Positions 12,362-21,233 of a DNA stretch of 64,000 bases are shown here, piece after piece. Source of the DNA: an uncultured Acidobacteriota bacterium (GTDB lineage Bacteria; Acidobacteriota; Thermoanaerobaculia; Multivoradales; SZUA-115); the NCBI GenBank assembly GCA_963805975.1, contig CAWDVR010000005.1, positions 608,001-672,000 of the forward strand, in the 5' to 3' direction. The notes beneath the pieces were generated by a model that was not told the origin of the DNA, did not search any database, and was given only the letters and a program-made list of their open reading frames with translations. A program made the position numbers and the translations under genes. Position 1 is the first letter of the stretch. The number at the start of each line of letters is the position of its first letter.

Positions 12362-13648
12362 CTACTGCTTCTCGAGCGGCAGGGTGCCGGGAGGCAGCTC
12401 GGCGACCCGCAGGCGGGAGGCGTTCTTGTCGGCCCCGACCTCGACCCAGGCGACGAACAGGCCGCCGCCTGCGAGCGCCAGACGGGGGAAGCCACTCGCC
12501 CGCCCGGCGGTGGTGGTGGCGAGGCGCAGGAGCCGGCTCTTCCGGCCGTCGCGGCTCACCCGCTGGAGCCGGAGCTCGGCCGTGCCGGGAACGGCCTCGG
12601 CGAGCCAGCTCACGACCGCGCTGCCGTCACCGTCGAGCACCAGGGCGACGCGGCCCAGGGAACCCTGGGTATCGAGGACCCGCGGTGGCTCGAAGCCGTC
12701 GCTCGCGGCGCGGGAGAAGGCGAGGGCCACCCGCGGGCCGGCAGCGCTCGGCGAGACGCCCGCGAACCAGGCGACCGCGAGCTCGTTGCCGCGGGCGGCG
12801 ACCATCGGCCCGTTGACCGGGCAGCCGGGGATCTTCCAGCCGTCTGCGAAGACCGGCCTCGAGGCGGTCCAGCGGCCGGTGGCGCGCGCGATGGCCGCGA
12901 TGTCGCGGATCTCCTCCCCCGAGCGGTCGCGGTAGACCACGACCGGCCCGGCGTCGGTCGCGGCCGCCGCGGTCTGGCAGCAGTCGCACACCCGGTCGTC
13001 GAGCTCCTCGCCGGCGCCGACCGTGCTGCCCACCAGCGCCGTGCGGAGCGCCATGGCGCCGCCGGTCGAGGTGCCGCGGCCGTCGAGCCAGAAGGCGCGG
13101 AGCCCTTCGCCCTCCGGCACCAGGGAGACGAAGCCGTGCTCGGTCTCGGTGGCGTCGTCGTGCAGGCGTCCCAGGCGCCGCCAGCTCTTGCCGCCGTCGG
13201 TGGAGCGGGCGAGCTCGATCGAGTAGGCGTAGGTGCCGGCGCCGCTCTTGGCCAGCCAGTGGGCGAGGAGGGAGCCGTCCCTGCCGCGCGCCACCGACGG
13301 AAAGTCCGCCCAGTTGGCGAGCAGGTTCGGGTCGGCGACGACGGTCGAGGCCTCGCTCCAGCGCCCGTGCTCGAGGCCAGCCAGGCGCAGGCGCGGAGCG
13401 CCCGCGACCACCGGGGTGCCGGCTGGCGACGGCTCGATCCAGGTGAGGAGCAGCGTGCCGCCGTCGGTCACGCCGCCGGCCCAGTTGGGCGCCATCGAGC
13501 CGGCGAGCGCCGCCGGCGGCGAGCGGTCGATCGCTCCCGCCGGCAGGGAAGGCTGCGCCGCGACCGTGGCCGCGGCGAAGAGTAGCGCCGCGAGGAACGA
13601 AGCCGTGGCCAAGCGCCTACCCGTCGGCCTTGATGACCCCGCAGGCAA
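12362..13648 (-). CDS. Secreted BNR/sialidase-like beta-propeller protein
   Basis: NWADFP, STDGGKSW Asp-box, TEHGFVS, VCDCC and GCPVNGP motifs; start uncertain. Confidence 0.8.
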   Translation of the reverse strand: MPAGSSRPTGRRLATASFLAALLFAAATVAAQPSLPAGAIDRSPPAALAGSMAPNWAGGVTDGGTLLLTWIEPSPAGTPVVAGAPRLRLAGLEHGRWSEASTVVADPNLLANWADFPSVARGRDGSLLAHWLAKSGAGTYAYSIELARSTDGGKSWRRLGRLHDDATETEHGFVSLVPEGEGLRAFWLDGRGTSTGGAMALRTALVGSTVGAGEELDDRVCDCCQTAAAATDAGPVVVYRDRSGEEIRDIAAIARATGRWTASRPVFADGWKIPGCPVNGPMVAARGNELAVAWFAGVSPSAAGPRVALAFSRAASDGFEPPRVLDTQGSLGRVALVLDGDGSAVVSWLAEAVPGTAELRLQRVSRDGRKSRLLRLATTTAGRASGFPRLALAGGGLFVAWVEVGADKNASRLRVAELPPGTLPLEKQ

Positions 13649-14246
13649 TCCGCCCGCCGGCGTTGCCGGTCGGCTGGGTGACCATGTCGTCCGCCTTCTC
13701 GTGCAGGATCACCGCCCGCCCGACCACCGAGTTGGGGCCCGGAGCGACGGTGAGCGCGTGCGAGGTGAACTCGAGGGTCCCGGTGCCGTCGGCATTGACC
13801 TGGATGTTGCCGAGATCACCGGCGTGGTGCTGGGCGGCATCGCGGGCTCCGTGCGGCGCGCCGGCGGGATTGAAGTGGCTGCCGGCGGTGGTGAAGTCGG
13901 GCGGCGTGCACTCGCCCACCTCGTGCAGGTGGAAGCCGTGCGCGCCGGCGCCCGTGACCCCGCTCAGGTGAGCGACGATGGCGACTCCCTGCGAGATCTC
14001 CTTGAAGGTCACCTTGCCCGCCACCTTGGAGCCTTCCGGCCCGGCGAGGTTCGCGGTCGCCGTGGCGCCGGTCTTGGCAGGCGCCGCGCCGGCCGCGGGC
14101 GGGTGCTGGTGCCCGGCGTGCTCGCCGGCGCTGGCGGGCTTCTCCGACGATGCGGCGGATCCGCAAGCGGCAGCGAAAGCGATCGCCAAGGCCAGGGTCG
14201 CCGGTTTCGAGAACCCCGGTTTCGAGAACAAATTGGTTCGAGTCAT
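13617..14246 (-). CDS. sodC: Cu/Zn superoxide dismutase, lipoprotein
   Basis: HGFHLHE, HFNP, HAGDLGN, GRAVILHE and GNAGGRIACG motifs; AAAC lipobox. Confidence 0.95.
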   Translation of the reverse strand: MTRTNLFSKPGFSKPATLALAIAFAAACGSAASSEKPASAGEHAGHQHPPAAGAAPAKTGATATANLAGPEGSKVAGKVTFKEISQGVAIVAHLSGVTGAGAHGFHLHEVGECTPPDFTTAGSHFNPAGAPHGARDAAQHHAGDLGNIQVNADGTGTLEFTSHALTVAPGPNSVVGRAVILHEKADDMVTQPTGNAGGRIACGVIKADG

Positions 14247-14274
14247 GGAGGACCTCCTGCTGGATGTTGGTTGA

Positions 14275-14985
14275 CTAGGGTGAGGAGGCGCGGCCGCCCG
14301 GCGGTTCGTAGCGCGAGAGCTCGAGGTGGACGCCGGCCGCGCGCCGATCGATCAGGATCTCGACCGGCGTGGCCTTGTCGTCCTTGGCCAGCCACAGGTC
14401 GAGCTTGCCCTTGAAGAAGGGCCTGCCCTGGCGCTCGATTCCGCGCACCGAAAGGTGCTCCGTCGCCACCACCTTGCCGGCGATCCTGCGGCTCTCCTCG
14501 CCGAGCGGCACGACGACCACGGGATAGACCTTGCCGTCGGACCAGATCTCCATCATCCGGGGCTTGTCGGGCGGGTTGCGCCGCAGCAGATAGATCCCCG
14601 AGGCGATGTCCACCACGTCCGCGCCGTCGATCTGGCCCGATTTCGAGTTCTTCTCCCCGCGCCAGGTGTAGGAACTCCAGGCGCGGAGCGCGCGCCCGGT
14701 GGCGCTCTCGATCTCCGAGCCGTAGAGGAAATGCTCCCCGGCCCGGCTCTTCTCCGAGGTGATCATCAGCTTGCACTCGAGCGTGCCCGGTGCCGCGGCG
14801 GAGAGCGTCAGCAGACCGTCTCCCTCGTGCGGGAGGAAGATCCCCGCGACCACTCCCAGGAACTTGGTCAGTCGCCAGCGGTAGTGAAGTTCCTCGGGAG
14901 CGCCCGGGCCCGCAGCCTCCGCCACGGGCGATGAGAGCAGGGCCGCGGCGAGCACGGTGGCGGAAAGGAGGGCGGCGGGTCTCAT
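14275..14985 (-). CDS. Secreted protein, DUF3108-like
   Basis: Signal peptide; EELHYRW, DIASGIYLLR and LDLWLAKDDKATPV pattern. Confidence 0.65.
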   Translation of the reverse strand: MRPAALLSATVLAAALLSSPVAEAAGPGAPEELHYRWRLTKFLGVVAGIFLPHEGDGLLTLSAAAPGTLECKLMITSEKSRAGEHFLYGSEIESATGRALRAWSSYTWRGEKNSKSGQIDGADVVDIASGIYLLRRNPPDKPRMMEIWSDGKVYPVVVVPLGEESRRIAGKVVATEHLSVRGIERQGRPFFKGKLDLWLAKDDKATPVEILIDRRAAGVHLELSRYEPPGGRASSP

Positions 14986-15039
14986 GATCCTGGGGCCAAC
15001 GATCCCGCTCCGCGGGCCGTCGCCGGGGAGATTCTATCG

Positions 15040-16542
15040 TCAGCCCAGGGTGCGGGCCGCTTCGCCGATCAAAAGCTCGGTCTCGAAGCTCGGCCCGAAC
15101 CGGGCCAGGGCGGCGTCGAGCGGCGAGAGGTCCGAGATCCAGCGCTCCAACTCGCCGTTGTCGGCGTAGATGACGGCCACCACGTCGCCGCCACCGGAGA
15201 CCGGCAGCAGCAGCGACTGGCCGGTCGCCGGCGCGCCGAGGAGCTTTGCCAGCTTGCGCGGCAGGTGCGCGGCCTCGAAGTCCAAGGACACCGGACGGCT
15301 GGCGTCCAGGCTCGCGACGAGCGCGCTCTCCCCGCTGAGCTCGAGCTTCAGGCCGCGGGTCAGGGAGACGAGGAGCTGGCCGTCGGCGCCGGTGCCGAAA
15401 GCGCCGGCCACGGTCAGGCGCTCGCCCGCGACCAGGAACAGCACCGCACGCTCGACGAAGGGTGAGATGGCCTGCATCAGGTCGAGCGCCACGGTGGTCG
15501 AGCCGGTCACCGGATCGAGCTCGGCCCCCAGGCTCGCCACCGCCGCGCGCTGCGGCACCCGTTCGTCGCTCTGCGTTCCCCTCCGGCCAGGCAGCAGCGC
15601 CGCCAGGTTGGCCACCACTGCGGCGATCACTTCGGCGTCGGCAGGGACCACCGCCAGCGCACCGGCGAGGTAGGCGGCTGCGCTGTTGGCTCCCGGGTCG
15701 AGGACCACGATCACCGGCATCGGCCGTTGCGGGTCGAGGACGCTCTCGAGCGCCGCGGCGACCCGCGGCGCGCTCCTCAGGTCGGCCACCAGCCAGGTGT
15801 CGCGGTGCCGCAGGTCCCCATTCTGCGGGGATGCCAGGGCCGCCTGTGCACGGACCACGGTTGCGAGGTCCGGCGGAACCACCAGGGCGAGAGTCTCGAA
15901 CAATGCCTCGTCCCGCGTACGAACCGCCAGGATGAGGGGCTCCGGGAGAGGCTCGGCTCCGCCCTCTGCCAGGACCGCAGGCGCGGGCGCTTGCGAGGCG
16001 GCTTGGCCGGCCGGCTGGCGCGCGGTCTTGTGGCGGGAGGGGTCCCGGCGGGTGGCCGCGCTCGCCGTCGCCCTGGTCTCCGGGTCCTGCACCGCCCGCG
16101 GCTGGGGCGCCACCTGGGGCTCGAAGGAGAAGCGGCCGCTCTTCCAGCCCCCGAGCTCGGTCAGCGCCTGGCTCACCTGCAGGGCGATGAGGCGCTCCAC
16201 GTCGGAGCGCGCGAGCACGCCGTGCGAGACGAGGATCTCGCCCAACGGGCGCCTTCCCTGTTCCTCGGCCTGGAGGCGGGCAGCCTCCCGGACCGTGATC
16301 GGATCGCAAAGGCCCGAAGCGATGAGCAGATCGCCCAGCCGCTTGATGCCGGGAGCGCGGGCCGCGACGGGCCGGCCGCCGGCGAGGTCGATACGCGCCC
16401 GCGCCGCGCCGCGCGCCAGGCGGAGCGTGCCGTCGTGGCGGCCGGCCTCGAGGCGCCGCAGCACCTCGCTCAACGAGTGCTCCTCGAGCTTGCCGGAGAG
16501 CGGCTCGACGGGCGGAGGGTTGGGCTCGGATCCCGGCATCAC
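15040..16542 (-). CDS. DUF4388 (PatA-N-like) domain protein with degenerate receiver/GAF-like C-terminus
   Basis: LSGKLEEHSLSEVL, RLGDLLIASGL, LGEILV and WKSGRFSF motifs; C-terminal VVAVIYADN. Confidence 0.8.
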   Translation of the reverse strand: MMPGSEPNPPPVEPLSGKLEEHSLSEVLRRLEAGRHDGTLRLARGAARARIDLAGGRPVAARAPGIKRLGDLLIASGLCDPITVREAARLQAEEQGRRPLGEILVSHGVLARSDVERLIALQVSQALTELGGWKSGRFSFEPQVAPQPRAVQDPETRATASAATRRDPSRHKTARQPAGQAASQAPAPAVLAEGGAEPLPEPLILAVRTRDEALFETLALVVPPDLATVVRAQAALASPQNGDLRHRDTWLVADLRSAPRVAAALESVLDPQRPMPVIVVLDPGANSAAAYLAGALAVVPADAEVIAAVVANLAALLPGRRGTQSDERVPQRAAVASLGAELDPVTGSTTVALDLMQAISPFVERAVLFLVAGERLTVAGAFGTGADGQLLVSLTRGLKLELSGESALVASLDASRPVSLDFEAAHLPRKLAKLLGAPATGQSLLLPVSGGGDVVAVIYADNGELERWISDLSPLDAALARFGPSFETELLIGEAARTLG

Positions 16543-16562
16543 GATCGCGACACTCTAGCCGC

Positions 16563-16596
16563 AAACGAAAAGCGCGGCCCTGGTGAGGGCCGCGCT
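16563..16596 (-). terminator. Rho-independent terminator of the zinc-finger/TPR gene
   Basis: AGCGCGGCCCT-N4-AGGGCCGCGCT stem followed by TTTCGTTT on the minus strand. Confidence 0.75.
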
Positions 16597-16625
16597 CGGT
16601 ACCTCCGCGGACGCTGATCGAAGGG

Positions 16626-17996
16626 TCAGGAAGCCTGCTGGTAGGCGAGCTCCGGGTTGCCCCGCGCTTCGCGCAGGTAGCGGGAGATGTCGGTCAACAG
16701 TTGCAAGGTGACGCTCTCGGCCTTGGCAGCGCGCTGGAAGACCAGCAGGGCGGCCGTGGCCTCGCGGTGCACGTCGCGCGAGCGGAAGATCGGCAGCATC
16801 TCCTCGGCCAGCTCCTTCATCTCACCGGTGCGCCCCTGCTGGGCATAGACCGCGGCGAGGTCGAGCGAAGCCAGAGCGGCGTCGTAGGCGATGCCGCGCT
16901 CCACGAACTCGTCGCGCATGCGGCCGAACACCTTCTCCGCCTCGTCGAGCTTGTTGAGGCCGCGGGCGATCTTGCCCTCGAGCCACAGAGTACGCATGTG
17001 GTCGACGCTGCCCTCGTGCTGCGCCACCAGCCGCTTGATCTCCGGCAGCATCTTGCGGGCTTCCTGGTTCTTGCCGGCCGTGGCCAGGCAGGCGGCGATG
17101 GTGTGCTTCACGCACCAGACCAGGCGCGGTTCGCGCTGCTCGTCGATCAGCCCCATGGCCTCGTTGAGCTGCTCGATTGCCGCCTGGGGCTCACCGGCCT
17201 CTTCGAGCACCGCGGCACTGTAGATCAGGGTGCGGCCCACCCAGTGGTCCTCGCCGGCCTCGCGGTAGATGGCGAGGGCCTTCTGCAGCAGGTCACTCGC
17301 TTCGTCGAAGCGGCGCTGCTCGCGGCGCAGCTCGCCCTTGAGGCTCATCGTGCGCGCCTTGAGCAGCACGTCGTCGGTGCCGTCGGCGAGGCTCGCCTCG
17401 GCAGCGGTGAAAGCTTCCTCGGCGCTGCGCAGGTCGGAGGCCACGCGGCGGGCGTTAGCGATGTAAGTCCAGGACCGCGCCTTGAGGTCGTTGACCAGGG
17501 CCGGGCCGTAGTGGCTACCCTCGAGCTGGCCGGCGACCACCAAGGCGAGCTCGGCCAGATCCTCGGCGCGGGAAGGATCGTCGATCACCGAGCGCAGGCT
17601 CTCCTCGAGCAGGAACTCGGCGAATACATAGTTCTTGAACCGCCACGTGCGCTGGATCAGCGCGCGCTGGCGGCTGACCGGGTGACGGGTGAGCTCGGTG
17701 TAGAGCTTCGGCGCCCGGGCACGGTCCCGATCGCGTGCCTCACCCCGCACCTCGAGGGTGTTCTGACCAAAAGTGAAAGCGCGGTCGTAGCTCGGGTTGT
17801 CGGCGACGTCGAGAGGCTGGAGACCCTGGAAGAGGGTGCTGAGCAGCTCGCTGCCCTCCGGCGCGAGTCGTTCGACCTCTTTGCGGCAGGCGGCGCAATT
17901 GAACAGGTGCCAGGAGACTTTCATGTTCTCCCGCCGGTTCAGCTTGCCGCGGCTGAACTTCTCCAGCATCTTTTCATCAGGGTGCGTCTTGGGCAT
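16626..17996 (-). CDS. N-terminal zinc-finger (H..HxxxCxxC, anti-sigma-like) plus TPR-repeat protein, copy 1
   Basis: HPD...HLFNCAACR; helical repeats; AAGGAG RBS 7 nt before ATG 17996; paralog of 21234..22553. Confidence 0.9.
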   Translation of the reverse strand: MPKTHPDEKMLEKFSRGKLNRRENMKVSWHLFNCAACRKEVERLAPEGSELLSTLFQGLQPLDVADNPSYDRAFTFGQNTLEVRGEARDRDRARAPKLYTELTRHPVSRQRALIQRTWRFKNYVFAEFLLEESLRSVIDDPSRAEDLAELALVVAGQLEGSHYGPALVNDLKARSWTYIANARRVASDLRSAEEAFTAAEASLADGTDDVLLKARTMSLKGELRREQRRFDEASDLLQKALAIYREAGEDHWVGRTLIYSAAVLEEAGEPQAAIEQLNEAMGLIDEQREPRLVWCVKHTIAACLATAGKNQEARKMLPEIKRLVAQHEGSVDHMRTLWLEGKIARGLNKLDEAEKVFGRMRDEFVERGIAYDAALASLDLAAVYAQQGRTGEMKELAEEMLPIFRSRDVHREATAALLVFQRAAKAESVTLQLLTDISRYLREARGNPELAYQQAS

Positions 17997-18020
17997 ATTC
18001 AAGCTCCTTGTTCGCCGGCC

Positions 18021-18302
18021 TCAGGTCCCGGGGAAGACACGCTGAGCCGCTTGGGTCACGCGGCGCCGTTGGTCAACCCAGTGCTTCCGACACTTGTGCC
18101 GGAGCGTTGCCAGCAGCCAGCCGGCAGGCTCCTCAGCACTCTCTCCTCGATAGATGAGCTCCAGAACGGTCGCTTCCAGAAGGCTGCTCGCGTCGCTGGG
18201 GGGGATCTCGTAGCGACGCAAGACCTCCTCGAGGGCGGGCCTCGAAGAGGTATAGAAGATTTCTAAAAATGCGAAATTCCTGCGATGATAGGCATACGTC
18301 AC
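18021..18302 (-). CDS. Small protein resembling ECF sigma region 2 only
   Basis: LEEVLRRYEIPPSDASSLLEATVLELIY...PAGWLLATLRHKCRKHW; GTG at 18302 lies 7 nt after TGGCAA-N17-CATAAT (possible leaderless start). Confidence 0.6.
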   Translation of the reverse strand: MTYAYHRRNFAFLEIFYTSSRPALEEVLRRYEIPPSDASSLLEATVLELIYRGESAEEPAGWLLATLRHKCRKHWVDQRRRVTQAAQRVFPGT

Positions 18303-18429
18303 GGGGCTTATTATGCACACTTCACCCCTAACTTGCCACCATGCCCAAATTCCGACACCAAGGAGGCGACGAAGAGCTCGCCGCCTAAGAAGGGGAGTCG
18401 TACCGTGAAGAACCGACGTTTCCGATAGT

Positions 18430-18765
18430 TTACGGGCTTCCCGGCAGGTTGAGGCCATCCGGGAGAGCGGAGGAACCATTGCCGCCACTACCTGTGCTGC
18501 CGCCTGTTCCGCCCCCGTTTCCACCGTTTCCGCCACTACCGGACCCACCGATCGAGCCCAACTTCTCGACATTCCGAGAGCCGAGCTCCGGCCTGCCGCC
18601 GGCGATCGAAAAGATCGAAGAGAACCAATCGAAGAGCGAATCGAGCGTCCACCCCGCGAGGTTCGACTGGCGCGCCATGGGTAGGGCGGACGCGGGTAGG
18701 CAGAGGCTGAGTACCGCAACCAAGGCCAGGGCTGTCGCGAGACGAGTGTGTCTTCTCTCTAACAC
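18430..18765 (-). CDS. Small secreted Gly-rich peptide precursor
   Basis: AAAGGAG RBS; signal peptide ending ASA; amphipathic WTLDSLFDWFSSIFS; Gly-rich tail with GSSALPDG. Confidence 0.75.
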   Translation of the reverse strand: MLERRHTRLATALALVAVLSLCLPASALPMARQSNLAGWTLDSLFDWFSSIFSIAGGRPELGSRNVEKLGSIGGSGSGGNGGNGGGTGGSTGSGGNGSSALPDGLNLPGSP

Positions 18766-18970
18766 GGTGGTAGCTCCTTTCGCACGGTCTGAGTGTTGTA
18801 TCGAAGCTGGAAGGGGCTGGCATCTGCCCCGGACCCGGCACCCTTTGCAGGCCTAGTTGCCGCAGAGGTGCGTTGAGATGACAGCGTCGAGACGCCGCGA
18901 GAAGAGTGGCAGCCCGAAGAGGGGCAGGCGGCTGTGCCGCGCGAACTACGGTCCTAGCGGAGGAAAAAAC

Positions 18971-19019
18971 TGGTGGAGCCGATCGGGATCGAACCGACGA
19001 CCTCTTGAATGCCATTCAA
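18971..19019 (-). repeat. att direct repeat: duplicated 3' 49 nt of tRNA-Ala(GGC)
   Basis: TGGTGGAGCCGATCGGGATCGAACCGACGACCTCTTGAATGCCATTCAA is identical to 47550-47598. Confidence 0.98.
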
Positions 19020-19124
19020 AAAGTGGGGGTTGTGCGGGCTTTGCGGAAGTCTGCATAACGCCTGTACTTTGAGCCACTTAGCGGAATATCATCTTCGCCT
19101 CTGGTTGCTCCGATTTGCGCCAGT

Positions 19125-19143
19125 GTGATTGCTATGTGATTGC
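19125..19143 (+). promoter_or_regulatory. Putative integrase arm-type binding site pair (left)
   Basis: GTGATTGC-TAT-GTGATTGC matches 47481-47499 with one mismatch. Confidence 0.7.
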
Positions 19144-19181
19144 ATGGCGGAGCGGTTGACTGCCGCATCGGAGGCGAAACG

Positions 19182-20413
19182 ATGCGCGGACGGATCACCA
19201 AACGGTCGGTCGATGAACTCGTTCCGAAGCAGCGGAACTCTACCTCTGGGACTCCGAACTTGCAGGCTTCGGGGTCAAGATCACTCCCGAGGGCAGGAAG
19301 GTATACGTCCTCCAGTACCGCACGAGAAACCAGGAGCGGAAGCGGCGGACTGCGCCGAAGCGGATCACAATCGGTCGCCACGGCGAGATGACGCCGGAGC
19401 AGGCGCGAACGCTCGCCTCAAGGTTCCTCCTTGAAGTGACGGCGGGCGGCGATCCACGCCAGGCCTTCCGACCGAGCGAGTCGCCCATGGTCGCCGAGCT
19501 CGCGAATCGCTTCCTCACCGAGTATCTTCCGGGCAAGAAGCGCCCGCCCCGCGCCTCGACCGTCGCCTACTACGAGATCCTCTTCCGCGTGCACGTGATT
19601 CCCGCCCTGGGTGCGAAGCGGGTTGATGCCGTCTCGACCGCGGATGTTGAGAAGCTCCACGCCCGGATGCGGGACACCCCGTACATCGCGAACCGGACAC
19701 TCTCGCTTCTTCAGCACGCCTTCGACCAGGCGGAGCGGTGGGGCTGGCGGCCGCAGCACTCGAACCCCGCGCTCCACGTCGAGCGGTACCGGGAGGACCG
19801 ACGAGGTGCGAAGAAGGAAGTCATGCTCACCTCCTCACAGATGGCGGCCCTGATCGAGGCGATCGACGAGGAGGAAGCGACCGGCGGGGTGAGCATGTGG
19901 CTGCCGCAGCGCTCCGGGTCGCCTTCTGGACGGGCTGGCGGATTGGCGAGGTGCTCGGGCTCCGGTGGACGAACGTGGACATGAGCGCGGGGCGTGGCGC
20001 AGCTCCTGCGGAACGAAGACGGCCGCGGAGGAGTACCGTCAGCTCCCGTCCGAGGCAATTGCGATCGTGAAGCAGGTTCCGAAGGTGGCCGGCTGCCCGT
20101 TCGTCTTCCCCGGCGAGGACTTGACAGACCATCTCACGACGGTGAGGAAGCCGTGGGCGACGCATCCGAGCAGCGCGCGGGCCTCGATCGTCTGGAGGGC
20201 CTGGGCGCGTTCCGCATCCACGACCTCCGGCACAACGTCGTCTCCTGGGACGTGTCGCGGGGGGTGCCGTTGGAGATCGCCGGCAAGAACGTCGGGCACC
20301 GCTCGCGGCGCTCGACCGAGGTCTATGCGCACTTCGCGCCGGACGCCCTGAAGCGTGCGGCAGACGAGCGCGCGGCGGCGATGCGGGCTGCGTTTGAGGC
20401 TGAGCGGACTTAA
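19182..20413 (+). pseudogene. int: Tyrosine integrase with N-terminal arm-binding domain, several frameshifts
   Basis: Pieces in different frames: MRGRITKRSVD, LWDSELAGFGVKI, RITIGRHGEMTPEQAR, GWRIGEVL, IHDLRH, VGH, TEVYAH; frameshifts may be sequencing errors. Confidence 0.9.
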
Positions 20414-20729
20414 AGCTCGCAGCACCACCTACCCACAGCACGACTTCGTTCTCTCCTCCAGCGCGGAAGGATCGTTCTGGCGCCCTCCTCCTCGCAGATT
20501 CAGTTCACGCGCGAGTTTTAACTTTTCCGGCTGAGCGTAACGAGAGTTCGTCGAGCAGGGTAGAGTTCTCCTATCAGGACATTCGTCATGCCGTTCCATA
20601 TCCGCCAGTGCCCTGGTTGTTGCCTCTTCGGAGCAAACCTGGAGGAGTAACCTATTCCCATTTCCCTCTGAGGGTGGCGGCTGTCGGCACTGTCGCCGAA
20701 CGCGTCGGCCCCGAGAAAGGAACACGGCT

Positions 20730-21119
20730 ATGCGTCGCTTGTTGCGCTTTCTTGCTCTGACTTTGGTCGTAGTGGCAGTGGTAGCTCCAGCAGCCGCGGC
20801 TCCACGCGAGTCCGACTTGGCTCCCGCTCCGCAGTGGGTGTTGAAGCGAATCCAAGTGTTCCTCGAGGAGGTCTCATCTCGCCTGTTCTCTCCTGCGGCG
20901 AAGGATGGCGGACTCATGGACCCGAACGGTGGGAAGGCGCAAGGCGCAAATGGATCAAGAAACGCCCCCAGAGGCACCGCGAGCGTGGATGATGGCGGGC
21001 TCATGGACTCCGACGGCAGGCGCATGACCTCGCGGGGCGGATCGCAGATGGACCCCAATGGAAGAAGGACAGACGGAGCACGGCTAAACGACGGCGGGCT
21101 CATGGACCCGAACGGGTAG
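20730..21119 (+). CDS. Secreted peptide precursor with four GGLMDPNG-like repeats
   Basis: AAAGGAA RBS; signal peptide; DGGLMDPNG, DGGLMDSDG, GGSQMDPNG and terminal DGGLMDPNG-stop. Confidence 0.85.
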   Translation: MRRLLRFLALTLVVVAVVAPAAAAPRESDLAPAPQWVLKRIQVFLEEVSSRLFSPAAKDGGLMDPNGGKAQGANGSRNAPRGTASVDDGGLMDSDGRRMTSRGGSQMDPNGRRTDGARLNDGGLMDPNG

Positions 21120-21233
21120 GAGCGAGTCTTCTCTCGGGAGAGAAAATCTCTTGCGTAGGTGCGCCTCTCGAAATATTGTGTCGCGCACTACACTAGAGAC
21201 GAACGTACTGGTAGTGGGGGAGGGACGCGCGAG

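Noticed and set aside
18971-19019. Second tRNA-Ala gene
   Set aside because: Only the 3' 49 nt are present; it is the att duplicate
20904-21116. Spaced ~27-bp repeats as a mini-CRISPR
   Set aside because: In frame, varying at synonymous positions and with irregular spacing; they are peptide-level repeats
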